NCBI GenBank assembly: GCA_900554465.1
Contig: USHF01000001.1
Coordinates: forward strand, 1-51,223
Direction: 5' to 3'
Length of the DNA stretch: 51,223 nt
Source of the DNA: an uncultured Collinsella sp.
Lineage (GTDB): Bacteria > Actinomycetota > Coriobacteriia > Coriobacteriales > Coriobacteriaceae
The notes under the pieces are model-generated. The model was not told the DNA's origin, did not search any database, and saw only the letters and a list, made by a program, of their open reading frames with translations. The translations under genes were made by a program, and so were the position numbers. Below, piece after piece: positions 1 to 8,736 of this stretch. Each line of letters opens with the position of its first letter. Positions within the stretch are counted from its first letter, which is position 1.

Positions 1-824
1 CCCTCAAGCGCGCACTCGAGCACGACGCCGTCGACATCACGCTGCCGGGCATCCGTCCGCAGATCGGCCACCAGCACCTGATCAAGCAGATCATCGAGGA
101 GGCCGAGGACATCTTCTGCGGCATCGGCTACACCGTCGAGTCCGGTCCCATGGTCGACACCTCCTACTACAACTTCACCGCGCTCAACGCCCCCATGGAT
201 CACCCGAGCCGCTCGGCCCGCGATACCTTCTACGTGGTCGACAATAACCCCGGCAGCGTCGCGCACCCCGAGGCCCACGCCCACGGCGAGTCCGACGTGC
301 TGCTGCGCACCCAGACCTCGGGCGTGCAGATCCACACCATGGAGTCGCAAAAGCCGCCCATCTACATGATTTGCCCGGGCACCGTCTACCGTCCCGACAC
401 GGCCGATGCCTGCCACCTTCCGCAGTTCAACCAGATCGAGGGTCTGGTCGTCGACGAGGGCATTACCTTTGGCGACCTTAAGGGCACGCTCGACTACTTT
501 GTTAAGTGCATGTTTGGCGAGGACCGCAAGACGCGCTATCGCCCGCACTTCTTCCCCTTCACCGAGCCCAGCTGCGAGGTGGACGTGAGCTGCCACGTGT
601 GCGGCGGCAAGGGCTGCAACTTCTGCAAGCACAGCGGCTGGATCGAGATTCTGGGCTGCGGCATGGTCGACCCCAACGTCCTGATCAACTGCGGCATCGA
701 TCCCGAGAAGTACACCGGCTTCGCCTTTGGCATTGGCGCCGAGCGCGTCGCGGCCCTGCGCTACGACCTGCCGGACCTGCGAACGCTCATGACGGGCGAT
801 ATGCGCTTCTTAAATCAGTTCTAG
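1..824 (+). CDS. pheS: Phenylalanine--tRNA ligase alpha subunit (5'-truncated by window edge)
   Basis: Motifs LLRTQTS, YRPD..D..H.PQFNQIEG, RPHFFPFTEPS, GFAFG.GAER. The frame is open to the window start, so the track start at 150 is internal. Confidence 0.97.
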   Translation, partial: LKRALEHDAVDITLPGIRPQIGHQHLIKQIIEEAEDIFCGIGYTVESGPMVDTSYYNFTALNAPMDHPSRSARDTFYVVDNNPGSVAHPEAHAHGESDVLLRTQTSGVQIHTMESQKPPIYMICPGTVYRPDTADACHLPQFNQIEGLVVDEGITFGDLKGTLDYFVKCMFGEDRKTRYRPHFFPFTEPSCEVDVSCHVCGGKGCNFCKHSGWIEILGCGMVDPNVLINCGIDPEKYTGFAFGIGAERVAALRYDLPDLRTLMTGDMRFLNQF

Positions 825-832
825 GCCCGGCG

Positions 833-929
833 GCTTTCCCAAGCACCGCACCTTGCCTTTCAATCATCGGTTGCGTACCTAAGTACGCGGCCCTCCTCTT
901 TCAAGGCAATCTGCGGCACTTGGAAAACC
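833..929. repeat. Long imperfect intergenic palindrome (REP-like) between pheS and pheT
   Basis: Nested complementary arms CCAAG/CTTGG, CCGCA/TGCGG, TTGCCTT/AAGGCAA and inner GGTTGCGTAC-CTAA-GTACGCGGCC. Confidence 0.6.
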
Positions 930-985
930 CGTCTCCGTTGCAGTTTTTTGGCTCAAAGCCGCATTTATGAAAGGAGACCAGTTAG

Positions 986-3439
986 ATGCGCGTTTCTTAC
1001 GACTGGCTCAAGACCATGATCGATATTCCGGAGGATCCCAAGACCCTTTCGGACGAATATATCCGTACCGGCACCGAGGTCGAGGCGATCGACACCGTGG
1101 GTGAGTCCTTCGACCACGTGGTTACCGCCAAGGTACTCACCAAGACCCCGCACCCCGATAGCGACCACATGTATGTGTGCTCGGTCGACGTGGGCGACAA
1201 GAACCTCGACGCTGACGGCAACCCCGCTCCGCTGCAGATCGTCTGCGGCGCGCAGAACTTCGAGGCCGGCGACCACATCGTCACGGCCATGATCGGCGCC
1301 GAGCTGCCCGGCGACATCAAGATCAAGAAGAGCAAGCTCCGCGGCGTCGTGTCCATGGGCATGAACTGCTCCGCGCGCGAACTCGGCCTGGGCGGCGACC
1401 ACTCCGGCATCATGATCCTGCCCGAGGATACGCCCTGCGGCATGCCGTTTGCCGAGTATGTGGGCTCGAGCGATACCGTGCTCGACTGCGAGATCACGCC
1501 CAACCGCCCCGACTGCCTGTCCATGATCGGCATGGCCCGCGAGACCGGTGCCATCTTCGACCGCGATTTCCACGTTGAGCTGCCCGCCATCCAGGCCGAG
1601 ACCGGCCGCACGACGGACGACGAGCTTTCGGTCGAGATTGCCGACGAGGGCCTGTGCGACCGCTATGTCGCTCGCATCGTGCGCAACGTGAAGGTCGGCC
1701 CGTCGCCCGACTGGATGGTCAAGCGCCTCAACGCCCTGGGCGTGCGTCCGCACAACAACATCGTCGACATCACCAACTATGTGATGATGCTCACCGGTCA
1801 GCCGCTGCACGCCTTTGACCTGTCCAGCTTTGCCGAGCGCGAGGGCCGTCGCCGCGTGGTGGTTCGCGCTGCCCAGCAGGACGAGAAGTTCACGACCCTC
1901 GACGGCGAGGAGCGCACGCTCGACGCCGGCATGGGCCTCATCACCGACGGCGAGCGTCCCGTGGCGCTGGCCGGCGTCATGGGCGGCATGGATTCCGAGA
2001 TCGAGGACGACACCGTCGACGTGATGGTCGAGAGCGCCTGCTTCAACGCCGGTCGCACCTCGCATACCAGCCGCGACCTGTCGCTGATCTCGGACGCCTC
2101 CATTCGCTTTGAGCGCCAGGTCGACGAGACCGGCTGCGTGGATGTGGCCAACGTGGCCTGCGCGCTCATCGAGGAGATTGCCGGCGGCCAGGTCGCTCCC
2201 GGCTACATCGACGTGTTCCCCGCTCCTAAGACCATCGACAGCATCAAGCTGCGCCTGGCCCGCGTGCACGCCATCTGCGGCGCCGACATCGAGCCCGACT
2301 TTATCGAGCGCTCGCTCACCCGCTTGGGTTGCACCGTCGAGCGCGACGGCGAGGACTTTATGGTTACCCCGCCGAGCTTCCGTCCCGACCTGCCGCGCGA
2401 GATCGATCTGATCGAGGAAGTCCTGCGCCTGTGGGGCATGGGCCGCGTGACGGCGACCATCCCGGCTGCCAAGAACCACATCGGCGGCCTGACCCGCGAG
2501 CAGAAGCTCACCCGCAAGGTCGGCGAGATCCTGCGCGCCTGCGGCCTCAACGAGACCACGACCTTTGGCTTTGCCGCCCCGGGCGACCTGGAGAAGATCG
2601 GCATGTCCACCGAGGGCCGCGGCTGCCCCGTGGTGCTCATGAACCCGCTGGTGGCCGAGCAGACCGAGATGCGTCGCTCGCTGCTGCCGGGCCTGCTGCA
2701 ATCCGTGGCCTACAACGAGGCCCACGGCACGCCCAACGTGCACCTGTACGAGGTCGGCAGCCTGTTCCACGGTCGCGAGAACGCCAGCCTGCCCAAGGAG
2801 ACCAAGTCCGTGGCGGGTGTGCTCTCGGGCCAGTGGAGCGAGCAGTCCTGGAACATGAAGTACCGCAAGCTGCGCTTCTTCTTTGGCAAGGGCATTGTCG
2901 AGGAGCTGCTTGCCCAGCTGCGTATCGAGAAGGTTCGCTTCCGTTCCGTCGAGGGCGAGGGCTATGCCTTCTTGCAGCCGGGCCGTGCCGCCGAGGTCCT
3001 CTCGGGCGGTACCGTGCTGGGCTGGGTCGGCGAGATCCACCCCGAGGCGCGCGAGGCGATGGGCATCGATGAGGTCGTCGTTGCCTTTGAGCTCGACCTG
3101 GACAAGCTGATCAAGGGCGCCCGCAACCAGGAGAACTACCGCGAGTTCTCGCAGTACCCGGCTGTTGAGCACGACCTGGCTATCGTGGTTGACAACTCCG
3201 TGACCTGCGAGGATCTTGAGCGCCGCATTACGAGCGCCGGCGGCAAGCTGCTCGAGGGCGTGCGCCTGTTCGATGTCTACCGCGATCCGGTTCGCATCGG
3301 CAAGGGCAAAAAGTCCATGGCCTTTGCGCTCACGTATCGCGCTGACGACCACACACTCACCAGCGAAGAGGTCGAGAAGGCGCACCAGAAGATCGTCACC
3401 AAGGTGTGCAAGGGCGTAAACGGCGAGGTCCGCGGCTAG
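986..3439 (+). CDS. pheT: Phenylalanine--tRNA ligase beta subunit
   Basis: 817 aa; HPDSD, IVCGAQN, ITPNRPDCLS, B3/4 domain and C-terminal FDX-ACB (FDVY...GKKSMAF); RBS AAGGAG. Confidence 0.98.
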   Translation: MRVSYDWLKTMIDIPEDPKTLSDEYIRTGTEVEAIDTVGESFDHVVTAKVLTKTPHPDSDHMYVCSVDVGDKNLDADGNPAPLQIVCGAQNFEAGDHIVTAMIGAELPGDIKIKKSKLRGVVSMGMNCSARELGLGGDHSGIMILPEDTPCGMPFAEYVGSSDTVLDCEITPNRPDCLSMIGMARETGAIFDRDFHVELPAIQAETGRTTDDELSVEIADEGLCDRYVARIVRNVKVGPSPDWMVKRLNALGVRPHNNIVDITNYVMMLTGQPLHAFDLSSFAEREGRRRVVVRAAQQDEKFTTLDGEERTLDAGMGLITDGERPVALAGVMGGMDSEIEDDTVDVMVESACFNAGRTSHTSRDLSLISDASIRFERQVDETGCVDVANVACALIEEIAGGQVAPGYIDVFPAPKTIDSIKLRLARVHAICGADIEPDFIERSLTRLGCTVERDGEDFMVTPPSFRPDLPREIDLIEEVLRLWGMGRVTATIPAAKNHIGGLTREQKLTRKVGEILRACGLNETTTFGFAAPGDLEKIGMSTEGRGCPVVLMNPLVAEQTEMRRSLLPGLLQSVAYNEAHGTPNVHLYEVGSLFHGRENASLPKETKSVAGVLSGQWSEQSWNMKYRKLRFFFGKGIVEELLAQLRIEKVRFRSVEGEGYAFLQPGRAAEVLSGGTVLGWVGEIHPEAREAMGIDEVVVAFELDLDKLIKGARNQENYREFSQYPAVEHDLAIVVDNSVTCEDLERRITSAGGKLLEGVRLFDVYRDPVRIGKGKKSMAFALTYRADDHTLTSEEVEKAHQKIVTKVCKGVNGEVRG

Positions 3440-3468
3440 GACCGCTTGCGTCTGTGACGAATGTATTA

Positions 3469-3507
3469 CAAAACGGCGCACTGCTTTGTTGGCAGTGTGC
3501 CGTTTTG
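3469..3507 (+). terminator. Intrinsic terminator after pheT
   Basis: CAAAACGGCGCACTGC-loop-GCAGTGTGCCGTTTTG hairpin. Confidence 0.7.
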
Positions 3508-3552
3508 CTATGATACCCGGCGGCGTGTTACGAATCTAACAATACGTAACAC
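3506..3552 (+). promoter_or_regulatory. Extended -10 promoter (TGcTATGAT, 3506-3514) and NikR-type operator GTGTTACG-N12-CGTAACAC (3525-3552)
   Basis: Perfect 8-bp inverted repeat spanning 28 bp, the same geometry as NikR operators (6-N16-6), directly upstream of a nickel transporter. Confidence 0.75.
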
Positions 3553-3608
3553 TGGCAAGGTTATTCAAGCGGCGCTGCAATTCCGTGCGCCGACAACCGG
3601 GAGGCGCT

Positions 3609-4691
3609 ATGCACATTCCAGATAATTATTTGTCCCCGCAGACCGATGCCGTCATGGCGGTGGCGATGGTGCCCGTATGGGTCCATTGCATCAAGAAGGT
3701 GCGTGCTACGCTCGATCGCGAGCATATGGCGTTCCTGGGCATCTGCGCCGCATTCTCCTTCTTGCTCATGATGTTCAACGTGCCGCTGCCCGGCGGTACC
3801 ACGGGACACGCCGTTGGCGGCGCGCTCATCGCGCTGCTGCTTGGCCCGGAGGCCGCGGCCATCGCGGTTTCGGTCGCGCTGGCGCTGCAGGCGCTGCTGT
3901 TTGGCGACGGCGGTATCCTGTCCTTTGGAGCCAACTGCTTTAACATGGCCTTTGTGTTGCCGTTTACCGCTGCTATCGTGTTCCGTGCGCTCAACAGCCG
4001 TCTGCACGACAAAAGGTGGGGCACCTCGGCTTCTGCCATCGTGAGCGGTTGGGTCGGGTTGTGCCTAGCGGCCCTGTGCGCGGCAATCGAGTTTGGTATT
4101 CAGCCGATGCTCTTTACCAACGCTTCGGGCGCTCCGCTGTACTGCCCCTTCCCGCTGTCCGTGGCTATTCCGGCCATGTTGGTCCCGCATATGCTGGTTG
4201 CCGGCGTGATCGAGGGCGTGGCGACGGCCGCCATCTATGGTTTCATTAAGAAGACGGCGCCGAGCATTATCGTCGGGCCCGAGGCCGTCGATGGCCAGCT
4301 TGCCGCCGATGGTACCGCCAAGAAGACTTCCCTGATTCCCACGCTCATTCTGGTCGCCGTGCTTGTCGTGGCTACGCCGCTCGGCTTGCTCGCCACCGGT
4401 GACGCCTGGGGTGAGTGGGACGCCGAGGGCGCCGCGACCGCCGTTCAGGAGGCTGGTGACGACAGTCTGCAGGCTTCGGTCGGCCTCGATGCTCCGACCT
4501 TTGCCGATGCGCTGCCCACGGGCGACTACCTGCAGGTTTATTCCGAGGAGCAGGGCCTTGGCTTTGCCGGCCAGGCCGCGATGTATATTCTTTCGGGCGT
4601 GATTGGCGTGGCGGTGCTTACCATCGCATTCCGCCTGGTCTCGCTGACGGTCAAGGAAAGCGGTGCTCATGGCAATAGCCGAGCTGCCTAG
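3609..4691 (+). CDS. nikMN: Nickel/cobalt ECF transporter substrate component, NikM(CbiM) fused to a PDGLE-like NikN domain
   Basis: Starts MHIPD (metal-binding N-terminus) after GGAGG RBS; GTTGH, LFGDGG..FGAN motifs; C-terminal AWGEW domain. Confidence 0.88.
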   Translation: MHIPDNYLSPQTDAVMAVAMVPVWVHCIKKVRATLDREHMAFLGICAAFSFLLMMFNVPLPGGTTGHAVGGALIALLLGPEAAAIAVSVALALQALLFGDGGILSFGANCFNMAFVLPFTAAIVFRALNSRLHDKRWGTSASAIVSGWVGLCLAALCAAIEFGIQPMLFTNASGAPLYCPFPLSVAIPAMLVPHMLVAGVIEGVATAAIYGFIKKTAPSIIVGPEAVDGQLAADGTAKKTSLIPTLILVAVLVVATPLGLLATGDAWGEWDAEGAATAVQEAGDDSLQASVGLDAPTFADALPTGDYLQVYSEEQGLGFAGQAAMYILSGVIGVAVLTIAFRLVSLTVKESGAHGNSRAA

Positions 4692-5505
4692 CTGGCTTGC
4701 GGCCGAGGAGCGATATGAGCCCGTGGGGGCTCGGCATCGTGTGATGCAAAAGAATGTCCTGCACCTGGCGAGCCTGCTTGAGCGGGTTCGCCTGGGTGGA
4801 GGCGCGCACGAGGGCGGGTCGATGGTCGACCGCGCCCTTTCTTGCGTTTCGGCTCCGGTGCGCCTGGTGGGGATGTTCGTTTGCGTTCTGTGCGTGTGCC
4901 TGACGCAAAGCTCGCTGTACCTGATGTTGATGGCGGCGATCGCGTTGGTGCTGGTCGCGGTGCGCCCAGCACGCGGGTTGCGCGCGACTTTTGTGCCGGC
5001 GTTCGGCGCCGCGGGACTCGCAGTGGTTCTGGCGCTGCCTGCCCTGCTGCTGGGCGCTTCCGCTACGGGCGCCATGCTCAAGATTGCGCTCAAGACGTTC
5101 ATTAATGTGTCGCTGGTGTTGGGCGTTTCGTGGACCCTCACGTGGAGCCGCATGTCGGCAGCGCTCAAGATGCTGCATCTGCCCGACGAGGTCATCTTTA
5201 CCTTTGATATGGCACTCAAGCATATCGAGGTGCTGGGACGCACAGCGCACGATCTGTGCGAATCGGTCATGCTGCGCAGCGTTGGCCGTACGCCTGAGGG
5301 ATTTTCGCGTACCGAATCGATCGCGGGTATCATGGGCATGACCTTTATCAAGGCGATGGAATGCAGCCACGCGATGGACGAGGCTATGCTTTGCCGCGGC
5401 TTTGCCGGTGCGTATCCGGCGCCCGCACGGAGCGGACTGAGCTGGCGCGATGCGGTTTATGCGGTCGCCGTGGCGCTGTTTGCGGTGCTGTGCGCTGTGC
5501 TGTAG
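4669..5505 (+). CDS. ECF transporter transmembrane T component (NikQ/CbiQ)
   Basis: Hydrophobic; C-terminal AMLCRGF motif; operon context. Confidence 0.85.
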   Translation: MAIAELPSWLAAEERYEPVGARHRVMQKNVLHLASLLERVRLGGGAHEGGSMVDRALSCVSAPVRLVGMFVCVLCVCLTQSSLYLMLMAAIALVLVAVRPARGLRATFVPAFGAAGLAVVLALPALLLGASATGAMLKIALKTFINVSLVLGVSWTLTWSRMSAALKMLHLPDEVIFTFDMALKHIEVLGRTAHDLCESVMLRSVGRTPEGFSRTESIAGIMGMTFIKAMECSHAMDEAMLCRGFAGAYPAPARSGLSWRDAVYAVAVALFAVLCAVL

Positions 5506-5548
5506 TGCGGACGGCGGGCTGTTGATGTGAATAGGGAAGGGCGACGTT

Positions 5549-6316
5549 TTGACGATCGATATGAATAATGCGGCGGGCACGAACGGTGCGGGCGCCGAGG
5601 TCGCGCCGCTCATCGAGCTACGCGACGTGGTGTTTTCCTATGCGGGGCATACGGTTGTCGATGGTGTGTCGCTGCAGGTCGATCGTGGCGAGCTCGTTGC
5701 CCTGCTTGGCCCGAATGGCTGCGGCAAGACGACGATCATGCGCCTTATTAACGGTCTTGAACTCGCGGACGCAGGGGCATACCTGTTTGACGGGCACGTG
5801 ATCGATGCAACATTTCTAAAGGATTCCGTGGCTTCCCAGCGCTTTCACCAGCGCGTAGGCTTCGTGTTTCAAAATGCCGATGCCCAGCTGTTTTGCGCCA
5901 CGGTAGGCGAGGAGGTCGCGTTTGGTCCGGCTCAAATGGGGCTGTCGACAGACGAGCTCAAGTGCCGCGTTCGCGATGCCATGGAGCTGTTCCAGGTTTC
6001 CGATCTGGTCGATGCCTCGCCCTATCAGCTTTCGGGCGGGCAAAAAAAGCGTGTGGCGCTGGCGGCCGTCGTGTCGATGAACCCCGATATCCTGGTGCTC
6101 GACGAGCCTACCAACGGACTCGATGAGGATTCGTGCGACATCGTGGTCAGCTTTTTGCTGGCTTATGTTGCTGCCGGCAAGACGGTCTTAATGAGCACAC
6201 ACCATCAGGATTTGGTACGACGCCTGGGTGCCCGCGCCATCTATATCGACCGATATCATCACGTGGTCGAGGCGTCCGTGCCATCGTATGGAACCGAGAG
6301 CGCCGCCGCGGAATAG
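5549..6316 (+). CDS. ECF transporter ATPase (NikO/CbiO)
   Basis: Walker A GPNGCGKT, FQNADAQLF, LSGGQKKR, LDEPT. Confidence 0.92.
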   Translation: MTIDMNNAAGTNGAGAEVAPLIELRDVVFSYAGHTVVDGVSLQVDRGELVALLGPNGCGKTTIMRLINGLELADAGAYLFDGHVIDATFLKDSVASQRFHQRVGFVFQNADAQLFCATVGEEVAFGPAQMGLSTDELKCRVRDAMELFQVSDLVDASPYQLSGGQKKRVALAAVVSMNPDILVLDEPTNGLDEDSCDIVVSFLLAYVAAGKTVLMSTHHQDLVRRLGARAIYIDRYHHVVEASVPSYGTESAAAE

Positions 6317-6395
6317 TTGCCGGATAGTAGGGGTGCGGCTGCGTGCGTGGCCCGCTGTGAATGGTATAGTTATCCGGGTTTTTACGGGGGTGGCT

Positions 6396-7244
6396 ATGCC
6401 AAGTTGGAATATTCATATCGCTCAGACGGAACGACTGCTGGCGCGTGCTGGCACGCTTGCCGATAAAGTGCGCGACCGCAATGCCTTTTTGTTTGGCAGC
6501 GTGGTTCCGGACATTTTTGTGGGCTATATGGTTCCCGGCATTGCCGATCCCATCCCGTATCGTATTACGCATTTTGCCAAGCCCGAGCCTATCCCCAAGC
6601 CGCGTGAGCAGGAGTTTTGGGACACTTATGTGGCGCCGCTGCTCAAGGGCATGCCGATAGGTGCGCCGGCTGCGGCGACGTCGATTGTCGAGGAACGCGA
6701 GCGACTCAATCGGGTGCATTATCCGCAGCGATATAGGGATGCGGAGCCGATCGCTGGTCCCGCTGCTGACGAGCTTTCGCTCGCGCCCGAGAACGTGGCA
6801 CAGTCGTTACTCGATTTGACGTTGGGTGTTTGGTCGCATCTGGTGGCCGACACCGTGTGGAACACCCGCGTAAACCAGTACCTCGAGGCGCATGGCGGCA
6901 AGCCGTGTGAGGAGTTCCGCATCAAGAAGCAGGGCGACTTTGACTGGTTTGGCAAAACCCTCGGCATCGTTTCCATCCCGCGTGCGACCGATCGTCTCTA
7001 TACCGCGGCGGCCCAGTTTGGCCAGTATTCGATCCCGCAAGAGTATGTGCTCAAAACCATTGGCGTCATGCACGAGATTGTGCGCGAAAACCCCGGCGAG
7101 CCGGATCACCCGCCGTACCGCCTGCTGACCGAAGCGTTCTTTGACGCAACGTTTACCGAGGTCGTCGAGTTAACCGAGGCAGGTTTTGCCGCCCGCGTCG
7201 CATTGCCCAGCGCGCCCGCGCTGCCTCTGATCGCTAGCTGCTAG
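6396..7244 (+). CDS. Zinc-dependent phospholipase C/P1 nuclease-like family protein
   Basis: N-terminal MPSWNIH, FGSVVPD, THF and GVWSHLVAD metal-ligand pattern; extended -10 TGGTATAGT at 6362-6370. Confidence 0.6.
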   Translation: MPSWNIHIAQTERLLARAGTLADKVRDRNAFLFGSVVPDIFVGYMVPGIADPIPYRITHFAKPEPIPKPREQEFWDTYVAPLLKGMPIGAPAAATSIVEERERLNRVHYPQRYRDAEPIAGPAADELSLAPENVAQSLLDLTLGVWSHLVADTVWNTRVNQYLEAHGGKPCEEFRIKKQGDFDWFGKTLGIVSIPRATDRLYTAAAQFGQYSIPQEYVLKTIGVMHEIVRENPGEPDHPPYRLLTEAFFDATFTEVVELTEAGFAARVALPSAPALPLIASC

Positions 7245-8314
7245 CTGGCCTGCCTGGCAGCGAATAGGTCATCCCAATCGACAAGCAGTTCTTGCCGCAG
7301 AGCATCTTCGGCGTCGCACTCCTGTTTGATCTTTGGGGTGTAGGGAAGCCCGGCCTTTTTATGGATGAGTTCGGCAAGGTTGCCAAAGCTCCTTTTGTCC
7401 TTGATCTGGCCATAGGTAATTTGGATGACGTCGTAGCCCATGCTTGTGAGTGCGGTAGTGCGCTCGGCATCGGAGAGACTCGCAGCTTCGCTGTCATGAG
7501 CGGAGCGGCCTTGGCATTCCAGAATGACGCCCATGCTGTCGGTGACACTTTCGATGAGGATATCGGCATAACAGCAGGTTTTGTCATACAGCGAACGTGC
7601 GGCTTCGCTGAGCGGGATGCGTGCGTTATTGGTGATGCCTATACCCAGACCGCTTTCGTCGCGGGGGAGTGAGACGAGCATGGACGTCTGGACCTCGAAG
7701 GGCGAGGCGGTCTGCCCTGCCATGCGTTCGGCGGCCCAGCGGAGCTGCTTAACACCGCGCAGGCCTGCGGCCTGCTTGGCGAACGCGGCGATATCCGCCG
7801 CGCTGAGGAGCGGCGCGCGTTTCCACAAGTTGGTGTCATTGCCCTTGGTGTCGACAATACGCTTCCAACCACAGTCGGGCGGAATGAACTTAAGAGATAT
7901 TGCCTCATCAAGTTGCTGTTGCGTACGTTCGCAGGGCGTAAACACTGCAAATGAGCTGCACATCTCGTAGCAAGCCATGAGTAGCTGGTTGCGGGAGACC
8001 TGCGTAGCAAGGCTGAGCAGCGTGAATTCCGGTGAAGTGACATCAAATCCATGTTCAGTCTGCCTAAACGACCCAGGAGGCGGCTCTTGGGTCAGGAGGT
8101 GCGATTTAAAGAGGCTTCGCGACCCCGATTGTGCCCGAGTGAATACAAGCCTGTGAAGCGGTGCGTGAAGCAGGTCTTTTACAACTGCATGACTTCCGAG
8201 GCCGCAACATCTGCGATCTATATTGCCAAGGCTAATGGCGGGGTAAAGGCCTAATACCTGCGGCGGGATACGGTAATAGTAAAAAGCGGATTGACCGCAG
8301 AGCGTCAGGTCCAT
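7241..8314 (-). CDS. Coriobacterial hypothetical protein with AbiEi-like middle region and C-terminal PD-(D/E)xK/DUF559-like nuclease domain
   Basis: Start MDLTL after GGAGG; VTSPEFTLL, SPFE, ADIL...ILECQG..H, D.ER...L.SMGYDVIQIT motifs. Confidence 0.6.
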   Translation of the reverse strand: MDLTLCGQSAFYYYRIPPQVLGLYPAISLGNIDRRCCGLGSHAVVKDLLHAPLHRLVFTRAQSGSRSLFKSHLLTQEPPPGSFRQTEHGFDVTSPEFTLLSLATQVSRNQLLMACYEMCSSFAVFTPCERTQQQLDEAISLKFIPPDCGWKRIVDTKGNDTNLWKRAPLLSAADIAAFAKQAAGLRGVKQLRWAAERMAGQTASPFEVQTSMLVSLPRDESGLGIGITNNARIPLSEAARSLYDKTCCYADILIESVTDSMGVILECQGRSAHDSEAASLSDAERTTALTSMGYDVIQITYGQIKDKRSFGNLAELIHKKAGLPYTPKIKQECDAEDALRQELLVDWDDLFAARQAS

Positions 8315-8365
8315 GACGTCCTCCAGATCGAAATGTGCTTTTGGACCGTGCGATGCCAGCGTCAA

Positions 8366-8493
8366 TTCGGAAGTATGCGGCAAAATCTGAACCCTGTGAG
8401 CAGACCTGGCTTTTGAGGCTAGTTTATCAGGCATTTTGTTGTAAAAAAACGGGGTGTGTTCGAAGGTCTCAGAATTTGCCGCATACTTCCGAA
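8366..8493. repeat. 25-bp inverted repeat (24/25 identical) with 78-bp spacer
   Basis: TTCGGAAGTATGCGGCAAAATCTGA (8366-8390) versus TCAGAATTTGCCGCATACTTCCGAA (8469-8493). Confidence 0.85.
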
Positions 8494-8671
8494 AACTAGG
8501 TCGATCTGGCTCTTGCTAAAACGATTTATCAGCGTCGGTTAAGGTGTGGGTTTGCCACCGGGCGAACACTTTTAGCGCTTGGGACTTTATTTTTTGGGCC
8601 TCGAAGGGTGGATTTCGCGCTTTTGGTAAAGAAATGAGTGCGTGTTTTGCCGTGCGCCGACATTGGCACAG

Positions 8672-8708
8672 AAAAAGGGCCCGGAAGGCGAAGCCTTCCG
8701 GGCCCTTT
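8672..8708 (-). terminator. Intrinsic terminator of pyk
   Basis: Perfect 16-bp stem AAAGGGCCCGGAAGGC-GAA-GCCTTCCGGGCCCTTT with U-tract on the minus strand. Confidence 0.85.
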
Positions 8709-8736
8709 GCAATGCAAGCATGCTTGCAAGTGCGAT

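Noticed and set aside
965..3481. 838-aa antisense ORF over pheT (likewise 8638-10236, 11015-12889, 27043-29535, 34450-35760, 48981-50933)
   Set aside because: Shadow ORFs caused by strong GC3 codon bias opposite conserved genes; no motifs or convincing RBS.
3585..3608. Track start sites upstream of the likely true starts (e.g. 3585, 6228, 13615, 15058, 19533, 21648, 25645, 30304)
   Set aside because: RBS position and family N-termini support the downstream starts used in the feature list.
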